Assembly (NCBI GenBank): GCA_963761305.1
Contig: CAVXGK010000002.1
Span: 960,001-1,024,000, forward strand
Reading direction: 5' to 3'
From: an uncultured Gemmatimonadaceae bacterium
Lineage (GTDB): Bacteria; Gemmatimonadota; Gemmatimonadetes; Gemmatimonadales; Gemmatimonadaceae
DNA length: 64,000 bases
Shown here: positions 1 to 11,027 of the stretch, piece after piece
Layout of the letters: every line of letters starts with the position of its first letter
Numbering within the stretch: the stretch's first letter is position 1
Notes under the pieces: generated by a model
Told to the model about the DNA's origin: nothing
The model's input: the letters and a program-made list of their open reading frames with translations, nothing else
The model's database searches: none
Translations under genes and position numbers: made by a program

Positions 1-59
1 TCTTCGGTGTTCCGTAGGATGCGGCCCGGTGGAATCGTCACTTTCGAGCCCTGCGCACG

Positions 60-683
60 ATGACTAACGTCTTCGAACAGATCACCGCGATCAGCACCGC
101 CATCATCGGTGTCTCGCTCGTCGTGTTGATCATCGTGTTGATCGTGGCTGCGGCGCGCGCCCGCCAGGCCGGCAAGCGCCTCGAGCAGCTGGTGCAACGC
201 ACGTTCGACGACGTCAAGCCGCTCATCCAGCGATTGCAGGGCACGTTCGACGACTTGCAGCCGGTGATCGAACGCGGGAAGGAGATCTCGCGGGATCTGT
301 CCGCGGTCACGCATTCGATTCGCGGCGACGTCGAGGCGGTGAGCGATACGGTCGCGTCGGCCAACGACAAGGTGCGGTCCGCGCTCGAAGCCACGGAAGA
401 GCGGCTTGCCGAGTTCAATGCACTCCTGGACGTAGTCCAGAACGAGGCCGAGGACCTGTTCGTCTCGACGGCGGCCGCGGTTCGCGGGCTCGGCCGTGGC
501 GCGGCGTCGCTCGGCCGACGGCGTGGGACGGACCTTGCGTCGGACGATGGGGATGGCGCCGCGCCCCGCGGCGCCGCCGAGGAGGAGGAAGGCGATGACG
601 ACCAGGACGACGACCATGAATCAGCGGCGGAGTCACCCGCACCACGAATACGTTCCCGTGCGCGTCGCCCGCGCGCGTCGTAG
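60..683 (+). CDS. DUF948/YoxC-like membrane-anchored coiled-coil protein
   Basis: N-terminal TM helix, helical repeats (RTFDDVKPLIQRL/GTFDDLQPVIER), acidic tail; paired with a YtxH-like gene. Confidence 0.65.
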   Translation: MTNVFEQITAISTAIIGVSLVVLIIVLIVAAARARQAGKRLEQLVQRTFDDVKPLIQRLQGTFDDLQPVIERGKEISRDLSAVTHSIRGDVEAVSDTVASANDKVRSALEATEERLAEFNALLDVVQNEAEDLFVSTAAAVRGLGRGAASLGRRRGTDLASDDGDGAAPRGAAEEEEGDDDQDDDHESAAESPAPRIRSRARRPRAS

Positions 684-927
684 ACGCAACGCCGAAATCG
701 TCGGCGCCGTCGCCGTCGGCGCGGCGGTGTGCGCCGGCCTCGTCTATTTCCTGACGCAGCGGTCGAATCGCGACAGCGGATCGGTTCGCCCGATGATGCG
801 CCGGCTGCGACACAACATGGCCGACTATGTCGAGAGCGCGCGGGACGCGATCGACGAAGCGGTGACGTCGGAGCTCAAGGACCTGCGCCGGTCCATCCGG
901 CGCCAGCGCAGGCGCCTTGGCGTCTAG
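595..927 (+). CDS. YtxH-like small membrane protein
   Basis: ATG 595 preceded by GGAGGAGGAAGG; GAVAVGAAVCAGLVYFLT hydrophobic segment followed by a charged helix. Confidence 0.55.
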   Translation: MTTRTTTMNQRRSHPHHEYVPVRVARARRRRNAEIVGAVAVGAAVCAGLVYFLTQRSNRDSGSVRPMMRRLRHNMADYVESARDAIDEAVTSELKDLRRSIRRQRRRLGV

Positions 928-1882
928 GGTGCGCGCGCGCGCCGGACGCCCGCGCCGCGCGCCGCGGGCGCCGTCGTGCCTCTGGCTCGCCGCGCTGTTC
1001 GTGGTGCTGGCGCCCGCCGTCGCCCACGCCTGGACCCCCGGTACCCACGTCTTTCTCGGCGACGCCGTCATTCGATCGCTGCAATTCCTGCCGCCGAGCG
1101 TGGCCGCGCTGTTGAGTGAATTTCCATACGATTTCTTGTACGGCTCGATCGCGGCCGACACGAGCATCGCCAAGAAATACGCGCCGGCCGGCCGCCACTG
1201 TCACTCGTGGACGGTCGGCATGGAGATCTACGAGAGCGCCGCCGAGCCGCAGTTGCGCGCGTTCGGCCTCGGCTACCTCGCGCATCTCGCCGCCGACGCC
1301 GTGGCGCACAACTATTTCGTTCCGCGCCAGCTGGCCGTGACGTCGAGCACGTCGTCGCTCGGGCACTCGTATTGGGAGAGCCGCTTCGAAACGCACCTCG
1401 GCGTCGAGGTCGCTCGCCGCGCCCGCGAGTTGATTCTGATCGACCATTCGCGGTCCGACGGCCTGCTCGACCGCGTCTTGAGTCCGACCATCTTCAGCAC
1501 GTCGACCAACCGGCGAATCTTCCGCGGCATGGTGATCGTCGCCGACAACGAGTCGTGGCAGCGGATCTTCCAACTGCTGCGCGAGAACAGCCGCTGGGAT
1601 CTCGCCGAGGACGACGTGGGGCGCTACCTCGCCCGCGCGTACGACTTCATCATCGACTTGCTGCTCCGCATGGACAGAGCCGAGCCCTTCCAACTCGACC
1701 CGTCCGGGGACGCGGCGCTGCGGATGGCGAAACGGATTCGCCGGCGCGTGCTGCGCGAGTCGGGCGAGGCGCGCCTCTACGACGAAGCGGAGCTGCAGTT
1801 CGGCCTGCCGGCGTCGTCGTTAGCCTACTCGGCGACGCTCGCCGCTCCGCTCTACGAGCCAGTCCGCGCCGCGAGCAGCTGA
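917..1882 (+). CDS. Zinc-dependent phospholipase C family protein
   Basis: Signal peptide ending AHA, then [20 protein letters not shown] and HSYWE Zn ligands; start uncertain. Confidence 0.8.
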   Translation: MASRVRARAGRPRRAPRAPSCLWLAALFVVLAPAVAHAWTPGTHVFLGDAVIRSLQFLPPSVAALLSEFPYDFLYGSIAADTSIAKKYAPAGRHCHSWTVGMEIYESAAEPQLRAFGLGYLAHLAADAVAHNYFVPRQLAVTSSTSSLGHSYWESRFETHLGVEVARRARELILIDHSRSDGLLDRVLSPTIFSTSTNRRIFRGMVIVADNESWQRIFQLLRENSRWDLAEDDVGRYLARAYDFIIDLLLRMDRAEPFQLDPSGDAALRMAKRIRRRVLRESGEARLYDEAELQFGLPASSLAYSATLAAPLYEPVRAASS

Positions 1883-3312
1883 TTCACGCGCTTGGGGTCG
1901 GCGCTCCCGTTCGATTTCTTCATCACCAACCCCACGAGCACGCCTTGCAGGCGCCGCTCACCACGCAGAAATCGCCCCGCCTCGCCGGGATTCTCGGCCA
2001 GGACATCGTCGATCCAGCGCACGAGTGCGTCGTCGTCGCTGACCTTGAGCAATCCTTCGCGCTCGGCGATGCCGCGGGGCGCGTCGCCGGTCTGGACCAT
2101 GACGCCGAAGATCTGCTTGGCCGCCGTGTGGCTGACCACACCGTCGCGCACGAGCGCGAGCAAGTCGGCGAGCTGCGCCGGCCGAAGGCGAAGCTGCTCG
2201 ATCGAGAGACCGCTCGTCTTGAGCGACGCGAGCACTTCGCCGAGCATCCAATTGGCCGACACCTTCGCATCGCCGCTTCGGGTCGCCAGCTCGTCGAAAT
2301 AGTCGCCGAGCGCCCGCGTCACGGTGAGCACGCCGACGTCGTACTCGGTGAGCGCAGGGTACGAAATTCGAAACCGCTTGACGCGATCGTCGGGCAACTC
2401 GGGGAGCTCTCGACGGATGCTTTCGAGCCGCTCGGCCGGAACGACGAGCGGCGGCAGGTCGGGGTCCGGGAAGTAGCGATAATCGTGGCTCCCTTCCTTG
2501 GATCTCGCGGGCCGCACTTCCTCCATCTCGGCGTCCCAGAGCATCGTCTGCTGCTCGATCCGGCCGCCGGCGTCGAGCATCGCGGCCTGGCGCCGAGATT
2601 CGGCGTCGAGCGCGCGCACCACGGCCGAGAAGGAATTCAGGTTCTTGATCTCGGCCTTGGTGCCGAGCGCGGTTGCTCCGGGGCGGCGAAGGCTGACGTT
2701 GGCGTCGACGCGCAGACTGCCCTCTTCCATGCTCACGTCGCTCACGCCGGCATATTCGAGGATTTGCTTGAGCGTCTTGAGATAAGCTTCCGCCTCGGCG
2801 CCGCTCCGGATGTCCGGCTCGCTCACGATCTCGGCCAGCGGAACGCCGGCGCGATTGAGGTCGACGGCCGTCGCGCCTTGGAATCGATCGTGGATCGACT
2901 TGCCGGCGTCTTCCTCCATGTGGAGCCGGGTGATGCCGATCGATCGCGCTACTTCGCTGGGCGACGCCGGCAGCGCCACACGCCCGTTCGTGGCCAGCGG
3001 GCGATCGAATTGCGAGATCTGGTATCCCTTGGGGAGATCGGGATAGAAGTAATTCTTGCGGGCGAAGATCGACGTCGGGTGCACGGTGCAGCCGAGCGCG
3101 AGCGCGGCGCGGACCGCCAGCTCCACGGCGCGGTCGTTCAGGACCGGGAGCGCGCCCGGCAAGCCGAGGCACACCGGGCAGGTGTGCAGATTGGGCGGCG
3201 CGCCGAAGTCTGTCGAGCACCGGCAGAAGATCTTCGTCGCCGTCTTGAGGTGGACGTGCACCTCGAGCCCGACGACCATCTCGTAACCGAGTTCGCCGAC
3301 CCCCGCGCTCAT
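1852..3312 (-). CDS. gatB: Asp/Glu-tRNA amidotransferase subunit B
   Basis: [47 protein letters not shown] 3312 overlaps the gatA stop. Confidence 0.97.
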   Translation of the reverse strand: MSAGVGELGYEMVVGLEVHVHLKTATKIFCRCSTDFGAPPNLHTCPVCLGLPGALPVLNDRAVELAVRAALALGCTVHPTSIFARKNYFYPDLPKGYQISQFDRPLATNGRVALPASPSEVARSIGITRLHMEEDAGKSIHDRFQGATAVDLNRAGVPLAEIVSEPDIRSGAEAEAYLKTLKQILEYAGVSDVSMEEGSLRVDANVSLRRPGATALGTKAEIKNLNSFSAVVRALDAESRRQAAMLDAGGRIEQQTMLWDAEMEEVRPARSKEGSHDYRYFPDPDLPPLVVPAERLESIRRELPELPDDRVKRFRISYPALTEYDVGVLTVTRALGDYFDELATRSGDAKVSANWMLGEVLASLKTSGLSIEQLRLRPAQLADLLALVRDGVVSHTAAKQIFGVMVQTGDAPRGIAEREGLLKVSDDDALVRWIDDVLAENPGEAGRFLRGERRLQGVLVGLVMKKSNGSADPKRVNQLLAARTGS

Positions 3313-4776
3313 AGACGCGCCTCGTCGCCCAACGCACGCTCGAGCTCGTACGCAACGCGCAGCATCCGCGACTCGTCGAAGTGGTTGGCGATGAGCTGCC
3401 CACCCACCGGCAGACCCTCGACGCGGCCGATGGGGAGCGACATCGCCGGAACGCCGGCGAGATTCGCCGTGCACGTGAAGATGTCGCTGAGATACATCTC
3501 GTACGGGTCGCTCTTGGCGCCGAGCTTGAACGCCGGCGTCGGCGTCGTGGGGGTGAACAGCACGTGGACACCGGCGTCGAAGACGCGCGTGAAGTCCTGC
3601 GCGATGAGCGCGCGCACCTGCTGCGCCTTGCGATAATACGCGTCGTAGTAGCCCGCGGAGAGTACGTACGTGCCGAGGAGAATGCGCCGCGTGACCTCGG
3701 GCCCGAATCCGCCCGAGCGCGTCGCCTCGTACATCCCGCGCAAGCCGTCGCCGCTCAGCCGCAATCCATACCGAACGCCGTCGAAGCGCGCGAGGTTCGC
3801 CGACGCTTCGGCCGGCGCGACGATGTAGTAAACTGGAATGGCAAGATCCGTATGCGGCAGCGAGACGTCGCGCACCTCGGCGCCGAGCGACCGCAGCCGA
3901 TCGATGGCCGCATCGCACCGTTCGCGCACGCCGCGATCGAGATCGGCCGGGAAGTACTCGCGCGGCCGACCGACGACGAGGCCGTGCAGCGACGCGTTCG
4001 CCCGCTGGCGATAGTCCACGACCGGCCGCGCCGCGCTCGTCGAATCGTTCGGATCGTGCCCGGCGACGGTGTGCAGCGCGACCGCCGCGTCGTCGACGCG
4101 TCGCGCCGAACACGCCGATGTGGTCGAGCGACGACGCGAACGCGACGAGCCCGAATCGGCTCACGCGCCCATAGGTCGGTTTGACGCCGACCACGCCGCA
4201 GAAGGCCGCCGGCTGTCGCACCGACCCTCCGGTTTCCGAGCCGAGCGCGATCGGCACGATGCCTGCCGCCACCGCGGCGGCCGACCCGCCGGAGGATCCG
4301 CCCGGCACGCGGTCCGGCGCCACCGGATTGCGCGTCGGGCCGAACGCGCTGTTCTCCGTCGACGAGCCCATCGCGAACTCGTCCATGTTCGATTTCGCGA
4401 CCACGACCGCGCCCGCCGCGCGCAGCCGCGTCACCGCGGTCGCCTCGAAGGGACTCACGTACCCTTCCAGAATGCGCGAGCCGCACGACGTGGCCAGCGT
4501 GAGCGTGGCGATGTTGTCCTTCACGACGACCGGCACGCCGGCCAACGCGCCGACCGATCCGCCGTCGTCGAGCGCGGCCTGGCATCGCGCGTTGACGCGC
4601 TCGGCGTCGGCGATGGCCGACTCGCGGTCCTCGTGGAGCAGGATGTTCAGCGCGTCGCGTCCAGCGCCGACCGCGCTCGCGCGATCGAGCGAGCGCGAGA
4701 TCGCGTCGACGACGGACAATCCGGCCTGCACCGACTCGCGCAGGGTCGCGGCGGAGACTGGCCTCGGCTCACTCAC
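3309..4776 (-). CDS. gatA: Asp/Glu-tRNA amidotransferase subunit A (one-base frameshift near 4098, probably an assembly error)
   Basis: Amidase signature ([27 protein letters not shown]) in ORF ending 4776; C-terminal half ([19 protein letters not shown]) in ORF 3309..4019; removing one base gives [25 protein letters not shown]. Confidence 0.93.
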
Positions 4777-5078
4777 GCGTCGTCGTCTTCGTGCGTCGAC
4801 AGCCGCGGCACGAGGAAGAACCCGTCGCGCACACTCGGCGCGAACGCGGCGATCGGCCGTTGGAGCGCGACCGGCGGCTCGGCGTCCTCGCGCAGCGGGG
4901 CGCGCTCGACGCCGATGCCGGTGAGCGGCTCGACGTCCGACGTGTCGACGCGCGACAGGACGGCCATGTGCTCGAGGATCGTATTGAGCTCGGACACGAG
5001 GGCGCGGGCGCGATCGTCGGTCACGCCGACGCGCGCAAGCGACGCGATGTGCCGCACGTCGTCGATGGTCACCGCCAC
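4773..5078 (-). CDS. gatC: Asp/Glu-tRNA amidotransferase subunit C
   Basis: [12 protein letters not shown]...LRED...GFFLVPR; immediately upstream of gatA. Confidence 0.95.
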   Translation of the reverse strand: MAVTIDDVRHIASLARVGVTDDRARALVSELNTILEHMAVLSRVDTSDVEPLTGIGVERAPLREDAEPPVALQRPIAAFAPSVRDGFFLVPRLSTHEDDDA

Positions 5079-5079
5079 G

Positions 5080-7446
5080 TCACTCGTCTCCGCGTTCGAG
5101 ATTCGCCTGCGCGATCACGAGCGTCTTGCGACCGATCGCCTCGTCGTCGAAATCGATTTTCACCTTGGCGTCGCGCCCCGAGCCGGCGAGCTCGGCGATC
5201 GTGCCCGTGCCGAACTTGCGATGACGCACGCGCGCGCCGACGACGAACACCGCGGCGTCCTGCGACTCGTCTTCGATCGAGCGTCCGCCGCCGAGCGTGA
5301 CCGGCGAGCCGGGCCGACGCGACGCGGCCGACTCGCGAGTGGGTAGGTCGTCATCCCACGACGACGTCGCGCCGCGTGGAAACATGCCCGCCCCGCCCCC
5401 GCCGCCGCCCGAACGGCCATAGCCGCGGCCGGAGCCGATCCGCTCCACGCCGGCGCGCATGAACGAGCGCCCCGAGCTTCGCACTTTGATCGTGCTGCGC
5501 GACTCGAGCATCGTGCTCGGAATGCCGTCGAGAAAGCCGGACGGCCGCGCGCCGAGCAGCTCTCCGTTGCGGCGTCGCTCCTCGGCGTGCGTGAGATACA
5601 GCTTTCGTTCGGCGCGCGTGATGCCGACGTAGAACAAGCGACGCTCTTCCTCGAGCAGCGGCGGGTCTTCGTACGCTTTCGCCAGCGGAAACAGCCCGTC
5701 CTCGAGGCCCGTGATGAACACGACGGGAAACTCGAGACCCTTGGCGTTGTGCAACGTCATGAGCGTCACCGCCTCGGCGTCGGCCGCCAACGCATCGGAG
5801 TCGGCGACGAGGCTCGCGCGCTGCAAGAAATGGTCGAGCGGGCGAAGACCGACCTCGCCTAATTCGTCGGCGACTAGTTCGGCCGCGCCGGTGATCAGCT
5901 CGCGCACGTTGTCCAACCGCTCGGCCGACTCCGGCCCTTCGGCACGCAGATAGTCGCCGTAGCGAATCGCGTCGACGAGCTCGCGGAGCAATTCGTCGAC
6001 CGCCGCTTCCTGTGCGCGTTCGCGCAGGCCGCCGATCAAACGAACGAACTCCGCCAACGCGACGCGCGCGGCGGGCCGCAGCGCCGAAACGATCTCGTCG
6101 CGCTGCGCGCCCATGAGCATCGGCACGCCCGACGCGCGCGACGCCTCGGCGAGCTGCTCGATCGTGGTCTCACCGAGTCCGCGCTTCGGCACGCCGACGG
6201 CGCGGCGGAACGCTTCGTCGTCGGCGGGGTTCGCGATCAGCTTGAGGTACGCCATGAGATCGCGAATCTCGCGGCGGTCGTAGAAGCGAACGGCGCCGAC
6301 GAGCCGATACGGCATCGCTTGGCGCCGCAGCGCTTCCTCGAGCGCGCGGCTCTGCGCGTTCGTGCGGTAGAGCACCGCGACGTCGCCGTATCCCGTGGGG
6401 GCGGAGCCGGAGCGGCGCGCGCCGATCTCGCTCACGACGAAGTCGGCCTCGTCACGCTCGTCGAGCGAGCGCACGAGCGTGATCGGATCGCCGCCGCCGC
6501 GCGTCGCGCGAAGCGTCTTGCCCATGCGCGACGTGTTCGCCTTGATCACGACGTTGGCGAGGTCCAGGATCTGCGGCGTCGAGCGATAGTTCTCCTCGAG
6601 ACGCACGACGGCCGCGCCGGCAAAATCCTTGTTGAAGTCGAGGATGTTGCGAATGTCGGCACCGCGCCAGCCATAGATCGATTGGTCGTCGTCGCCGACG
6701 ACGCACACGTTACCGTGCTGCCCGCCGAGGAGCTTGATCAGCTCGTACTGCGCGCGATTCGTGTCCTGATACTCGTCGACGAGGATGTACTTGAACTGGT
6801 CGCGATATCGCGTGAGCCGCTCGGCGTTTCGCTGGAGCATTCGCACCGGGAGCACGAGCAGGTCGTCGAAGTCCACGGCGTTGGCGAGACGGAGGGCAGC
6901 GGCCATGTCCCTGAACACCGGCGCGACCGCCTTAGAAAACGGATCGAACGCCACGCGCTCGTATTCCGCCGGCTCGACGAGCGCGTTCTTCGCGTCAGAG
7001 ATCGCCGACTGGACGGCGCGGGGCGCGAACTGCTTGGGCGAGATGCCGTGACGCTCCATGAGCCGCTTCACGACGCCGAGCGTGTCGTCCTGGTCGTAGA
7101 TCGTGTAGGTCGGCGTGCGGTCGACGAGGTGCGCCGACGCGCGCAGCATGCGCGCGCCGATCGCGTGGAAGGTGCCCGCCCACATGCCGGCCGGTCCGCT
7201 GCCCAACAGCCGGCCGATGCGGTCGCGCATCTCGCCGGCGGCTTTGTTCGTGAACGTGACGGCGAGGATGTTTCGCGCGTTCACGCCCTCGACGTCGATC
7301 AGCCGCGCGATGCGCGTCGTGAGCACGCGCGTCTTGCCCGAGCCCGCGCCGGCGAGCACGAGCAAGGGACCGTTGACGTGGAGCACAGCCTCGCGCTGCG
7401 CCGGGTTGAGACCCGACGTCAGGCGTTCGTCCAGCATCGTCTGCAT
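5080..7446 (-). CDS. pcrA: UvrD/PcrA ATP-dependent DNA helicase
   Basis: LAGAGSGKT, DEYQD, VGDDDQSIYGWRGA, EEERRLFYVGITRA; Gly-rich linker and C-terminal Tudor-like RVRHRKFG domain; ATG overlaps the upstream TGA. Confidence 0.95.
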   Translation of the reverse strand: MQTMLDERLTSGLNPAQREAVLHVNGPLLVLAGAGSGKTRVLTTRIARLIDVEGVNARNILAVTFTNKAAGEMRDRIGRLLGSGPAGMWAGTFHAIGARMLRASAHLVDRTPTYTIYDQDDTLGVVKRLMERHGISPKQFAPRAVQSAISDAKNALVEPAEYERVAFDPFSKAVAPVFRDMAAALRLANAVDFDDLLVLPVRMLQRNAERLTRYRDQFKYILVDEYQDTNRAQYELIKLLGGQHGNVCVVGDDDQSIYGWRGADIRNILDFNKDFAGAAVVRLEENYRSTPQILDLANVVIKANTSRMGKTLRATRGGGDPITLVRSLDERDEADFVVSEIGARRSGSAPTGYGDVAVLYRTNAQSRALEEALRRQAMPYRLVGAVRFYDRREIRDLMAYLKLIANPADDEAFRRAVGVPKRGLGETTIEQLAEASRASGVPMLMGAQRDEIVSALRPAARVALAEFVRLIGGLRERAQEAAVDELLRELVDAIRYGDYLRAEGPESAERLDNVRELITGAAELVADELGEVGLRPLDHFLQRASLVADSDALAADAEAVTLMTLHNAKGLEFPVVFITGLEDGLFPLAKAYEDPPLLEEERRLFYVGITRAERKLYLTHAEERRRNGELLGARPSGFLDGIPSTMLESRSTIKVRSSGRSFMRAGVERIGSGRGYGRSGGGGGGAGMFPRGATSSWDDDLPTRESAASRRPGSPVTLGGGRSIEDESQDAAVFVVGARVRHRKFGTGTIAELAGSGRDAKVKIDFDDEAIGRKTLVIAQANLERGDE

Positions 7447-8648
7447 CAGTGAAGAATAATCTCGAACGTCGCCCCGGCCCCGGCGCCGGTCGTGCCGGCA
7501 GCGGTTCGCAGGCCGGCGGCGACGGAATCGGGAGGCGCGAGCTGCAGCACGCCGCCGTGGTTCTCTTCGACGATGCGCTTGGCGAGGGAAAGACCGATGC
7601 CCCAGCCACTTTGCTTCGTCGAGAATCCCGGCTCGAACACGCGGGAGCGAAGCTCGCGCGGCACACCCGGGCCGTCGTCGGCCACGCGAATGACGACGCC
7701 CTCCGACCCGCTGTGCGCCGCGGTGAGCCGCACGCGTCCGCCCCGCCCGGCGAGCGCGTCGATCGCGTTCTTCGTCAGGACCTCGATGGCCCACTCGAGC
7801 AGGACCGCGTCGCCTTTCACCTTCGGCAGCCCCGGCTCTTCGTCGTGCTCCACGACGATGGTGTTGGCGAGCGTCGGAACGCGCGCCTGGAAGTAGCGCG
7901 CGACGCGCCCGACAAGCGCGCCGGCGTCCACGTCATCGAACTTGGGATCGCGGCCGATGCGCTCGAACCGGTGCGCCACGCGGTCGAGGCGATCGAGGTC
8001 GGCGCGCATGTGCCGCGCGGCCGCGGCCGACGATTCGTCGCGCGCGCGTTCTTCCATGAGCTCGATCCAGCCGGCGAGGCTGGAGAGCGGCGTGCCCAGT
8101 TGGTGCGCGGACTCGCGCGCCATGCCGGCCCAGAGGCGCTCGCGCGCCGCGTCGCCGCGCGTCCGCACGATGTAGACCCACGCCAGCAGCAGGATGGCCG
8201 CCATGCTCGCCTGGAGCGCGGGAATGATGCGCAGCCACCGCACGACGGCCGGATCGCCGTAGTAGACTTTTCCAATGAGCGAATCGACGATCGGCGCGTG
8301 CTCGCCCTCGAGCACGGCGACGTACTGCTTGATCCGCGAATCGGAGTCGGCCAGCGTGTGCCGCGAATCGAACGGGAGGTTGGCGTGTCCGGTGACGACG
8401 CCATTCTGGTCGGTGAGGACGAGCGGCACGCCCTGCGCCTGAATGCTCTGCGAGAGGTCGACGAGCGCGGCGTCCATCGAGCCCGGCGCACTGTCGGCGA
8501 ACGCTCGAAACACGCGCGCGTACATCTCCGTCGACCGCCGCGCGTCGGCGCGCAGATCGACGATCACGTGCTGCGTGTACCAGACGTACGACCCCAACAA
8601 TACCAGAAACAGCGTGGCGATCAGCATCTCGGGCTTGCTGCGCCGCAT
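7446..8648 (-). CDS. Membrane sensor histidine kinase
   Basis: Two TM helices, H-box ESAHQLGTPLS, N box KNAIDA, G boxes DDGPG/GWGIGL. Confidence 0.9.
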   Translation of the reverse strand: MRRSKPEMLIATLFLVLLGSYVWYTQHVIVDLRADARRSTEMYARVFRAFADSAPGSMDAALVDLSQSIQAQGVPLVLTDQNGVVTGHANLPFDSRHTLADSDSRIKQYVAVLEGEHAPIVDSLIGKVYYGDPAVVRWLRIIPALQASMAAILLLAWVYIVRTRGDAARERLWAGMARESAHQLGTPLSSLAGWIELMEERARDESSAAAARHMRADLDRLDRVAHRFERIGRDPKFDDVDAGALVGRVARYFQARVPTLANTIVVEHDEEPGLPKVKGDAVLLEWAIEVLTKNAIDALAGRGGRVRLTAAHSGSEGVVIRVADDGPGVPRELRSRVFEPGFSTKQSGWGIGLSLAKRIVEENHGGVLQLAPPDSVAAGLRTAAGTTGAGAGATFEIILH

Positions 8649-8662
8649 GCGCGTCGAACCGC

Positions 8663-9937
8663 TTAGCGGAGGGTGTCGACGCCGAGATACCGGCGAAGCG
8701 CGTTCGGAACGGCGACCGTCCCGTCGGCGTTCTGATGATGCTCCAGCAGACAGGCGATCGTTCGTGGAAACGCGAGTCCCGAGCCGTTGAGGGTGTGCAC
8801 GAACCGCGGCTTCTCGCCCTTGGCCGGACGATAGCGGATGTTCGCGCGGCGCGCCTGAAAATCGGTGAACGTGCTGCACGACGACACCTCGAGCCACGCG
8901 CCCACGCCCGGCGCCCAGCATTCGAGATCGTAGGTCATCGCCGAGCTGAACCCGGTGTCGCCCGCGGCGAGCAGTTTCCGGCGATGCGGCAGCTCGAGCC
9001 GCTCGAGCATCGTCTCGGCGTGGCGCGTGAGCAGCTCGAGCTGCTCGGCCGACTGCTCCGGCGACGTGTAACGCACCAGCTCGACCTTGTCGAATTCGTG
9101 CGTGCGCAGAATGCCGCGCGTGTCCTTTCCCGCCGACCCGGCCTCGCGCCGGAAACACTTGCTGTAGGCGACGAAGGCCATCGGCATCGCGTCCGCCTCG
9201 ATGATCTCGTCGCGATAGAGATTCGTAACCGGCACTTCGGCCGTCGGGATCAGGAAGAGATCGTCGCCGCGCGTGGCGTACGCGTCGTCCTCGAACTTGG
9301 GAAGCTGTCCCGTGCCGGTCATCGTCGCGCGGTTGACGAGCAGCGGCGGCCATACCTCTTCGTAGCCGTGCTCCTCGCGATGCACGTCCATGAACATGGC
9401 GATCAACGAGCGGATGAGGCGCGCCCCGAAGCCGCGATAGAACACGAAGCCCGAGCCCGAGACCTTCCCCGCGCGCTCGAGGTCGATCATGCCGAGCGAC
9501 GCACCGATCTCCCAGTGCGGCTTGACCCCATCGCGCGCGCGCGGCGTCCCCCACTCGCGGACGATGACGTTGTTCGCCTCGTCGCCTTCGGGTACCGCGG
9601 AAAGCGTGACGTTCGGGATCTCGAGCAGCGTGCGATCGAGCGCCTGCTGCGTTTCGCCGAGCTCCTGCTCGAGCCGCGTGATCTCGTCGCCGAGCGCCCT
9701 TCCCTGCGCGATCAGCTCGTCGGCGTCTTCTTTGGCGCGCTTGCGACGGGCGACTTCCTGCGAGTTCGCGTTGCGCGCCGCCTTTCGCTCTTCGACCGCC
9801 TGAATCAGCGTGCGGCGGTCACGCTCCAACTGCACGCCGCGGTCGACGAGCGGCGCCAATCCATCGAGCGCGCCGCGGCGGCGGAGCCCATCGCGCAGCA
9901 GATCGACCTGCTCGCGGAGCATCCGTGCGTCGTGCAT
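8663..9937 (-). CDS. serS: Serine--tRNA ligase
   Basis: N-terminal coiled coil, PTAEVP, FRREAG, EVSSCS, HTLNGSGLA. Confidence 0.97.
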   Translation of the reverse strand: MHDARMLREQVDLLRDGLRRRGALDGLAPLVDRGVQLERDRRTLIQAVEERKAARNANSQEVARRKRAKEDADELIAQGRALGDEITRLEQELGETQQALDRTLLEIPNVTLSAVPEGDEANNVIVREWGTPRARDGVKPHWEIGASLGMIDLERAGKVSGSGFVFYRGFGARLIRSLIAMFMDVHREEHGYEEVWPPLLVNRATMTGTGQLPKFEDDAYATRGDDLFLIPTAEVPVTNLYRDEIIEADAMPMAFVAYSKCFRREAGSAGKDTRGILRTHEFDKVELVRYTSPEQSAEQLELLTRHAETMLERLELPHRRKLLAAGDTGFSSAMTYDLECWAPGVGAWLEVSSCSTFTDFQARRANIRYRPAKGEKPRFVHTLNGSGLAFPRTIACLLEHHQNADGTVAVPNALRRYLGVDTLR

Positions 9938-9940
9938 GCG

Positions 9941-10537
9941 CTAGTTCTTGGGAATGCCGTCGGCAAACGACACGAAGCCGCAGTTGGGATCGACCGTGAA
10001 CGTGATGTTCATCGACCGCGCCACCGGATCGACCGAGGTCACGACGATCTTGGCATAGAGGTTCTGACCCGAGATCGCGAGCCCGCACGTCGTGACGTCG
10101 TTCGACTGCGCGAGGATCGTGACGCCCGCGGCGCCGACGAGGGCGGTATCGGCGCGATAGCCCGTTTTCGGCGCGCTGACCAAATTGTCGAACGTCACCT
10201 GCGACACTTGCAGCCCGACCGAATGCGTCGTCGCCAATCCGGACGCGACGGTCTTGAGCGGCAAGAACACGACGTGCCCCGCGCTGTCGATGTCGAACGC
10301 CACGTCGAACGCGAAGCTCGAATTCGCAGGTACCAGCGTGCCCGCGGCAATCTGCAGCGCGGTCGGCGCGCCGAGCGGCGCGCCGTTGATCGCGTACACG
10401 ACACCGCTGTCGGTCAGCGTCGGCAGCGAAGCCGGCGTGGTGAGGAGGTCGCCGCAGGACGCGGCGGAGATGGCGGCAACGAAGGCGGCCAGCGTAAAAA
10501 TCGGCGCCGGAATCGGCGAAAAACGTCGAGTTGTCAT
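9941..10537 (-). CDS. Hypothetical lipoprotein
   Basis: Signal peptide with lipobox-like AASC, beta-rich body; start inferred at ATG 10537. Confidence 0.7.
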   Translation of the reverse strand: MTTRRFSPIPAPIFTLAAFVAAISAASCGDLLTTPASLPTLTDSGVVYAINGAPLGAPTALQIAAGTLVPANSSFAFDVAFDIDSAGHVVFLPLKTVASGLATTHSVGLQVSQVTFDNLVSAPKTGYRADTALVGAAGVTILAQSNDVTTCGLAISGQNLYAKIVVTSVDPVARSMNITFTVDPNCGFVSFADGIPKN

Positions 10538-10658
10538 CGGGGAGTCACGCGAAGAATACGGACGGGTTGAGAATTCTTCAAGCGATTGGCGCCGCTTGAC
10601 TTCGACCACTTCGATCTCTAGCTTCGCCACCACTTCGGGGGGAAGCGCGAACGAGGGA

Positions 10659-11012
10659 ATGCCGAGCATCCGTGATCTGGTCGCCGCCATTCGGCAGCGC
10701 GAGGGAGTCGACGCCGCGGTCGTACTCGGACGCGACGGCTTGTTGATCGACGGCCAACTCACCGAGGGCCTCGACGCCGACGACATCGTTGCTCGGATTC
10801 CCGCCATCCTCGGTCCTGCGGACGAGCTCGGTGCGGCCGCAAACAGCGGCGAACTGGTGACGGCCGTCCTCGAATACCGCCGCGGCATGGCTATTGTCTC
10901 GGTGCTCACCACGGACGCAGTGCTTCTCGTTCTCGCGTCGCCCGGCGCCGCCGTGGGCCAACTGCTCCTCGAGATCCGCCGCAACCGCGAACGCATCGCC
11001 GCCCTCGTCTAA
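10659..11012 (+). CDS. Roadblock/LC7 (MglB-like) domain protein
   Basis: EGVDAAVVLGRDGLLID pattern, ~117 aa; GAGGGA SD before ATG 10659. Confidence 0.8.
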   Translation: MPSIRDLVAAIRQREGVDAAVVLGRDGLLIDGQLTEGLDADDIVARIPAILGPADELGAAANSGELVTAVLEYRRGMAIVSVLTTDAVLLVLASPGAAVGQLLLEIRRNRERIAALV

Positions 11013-11027
11013 GCGCAAACAACCGCC

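Noticed and set aside
1852..4776. 974-aa GatA-GatB fusion ORF
   Set aside because: Artefact of the gatA frameshift; the middle part is off-frame and gatB has its own ATG
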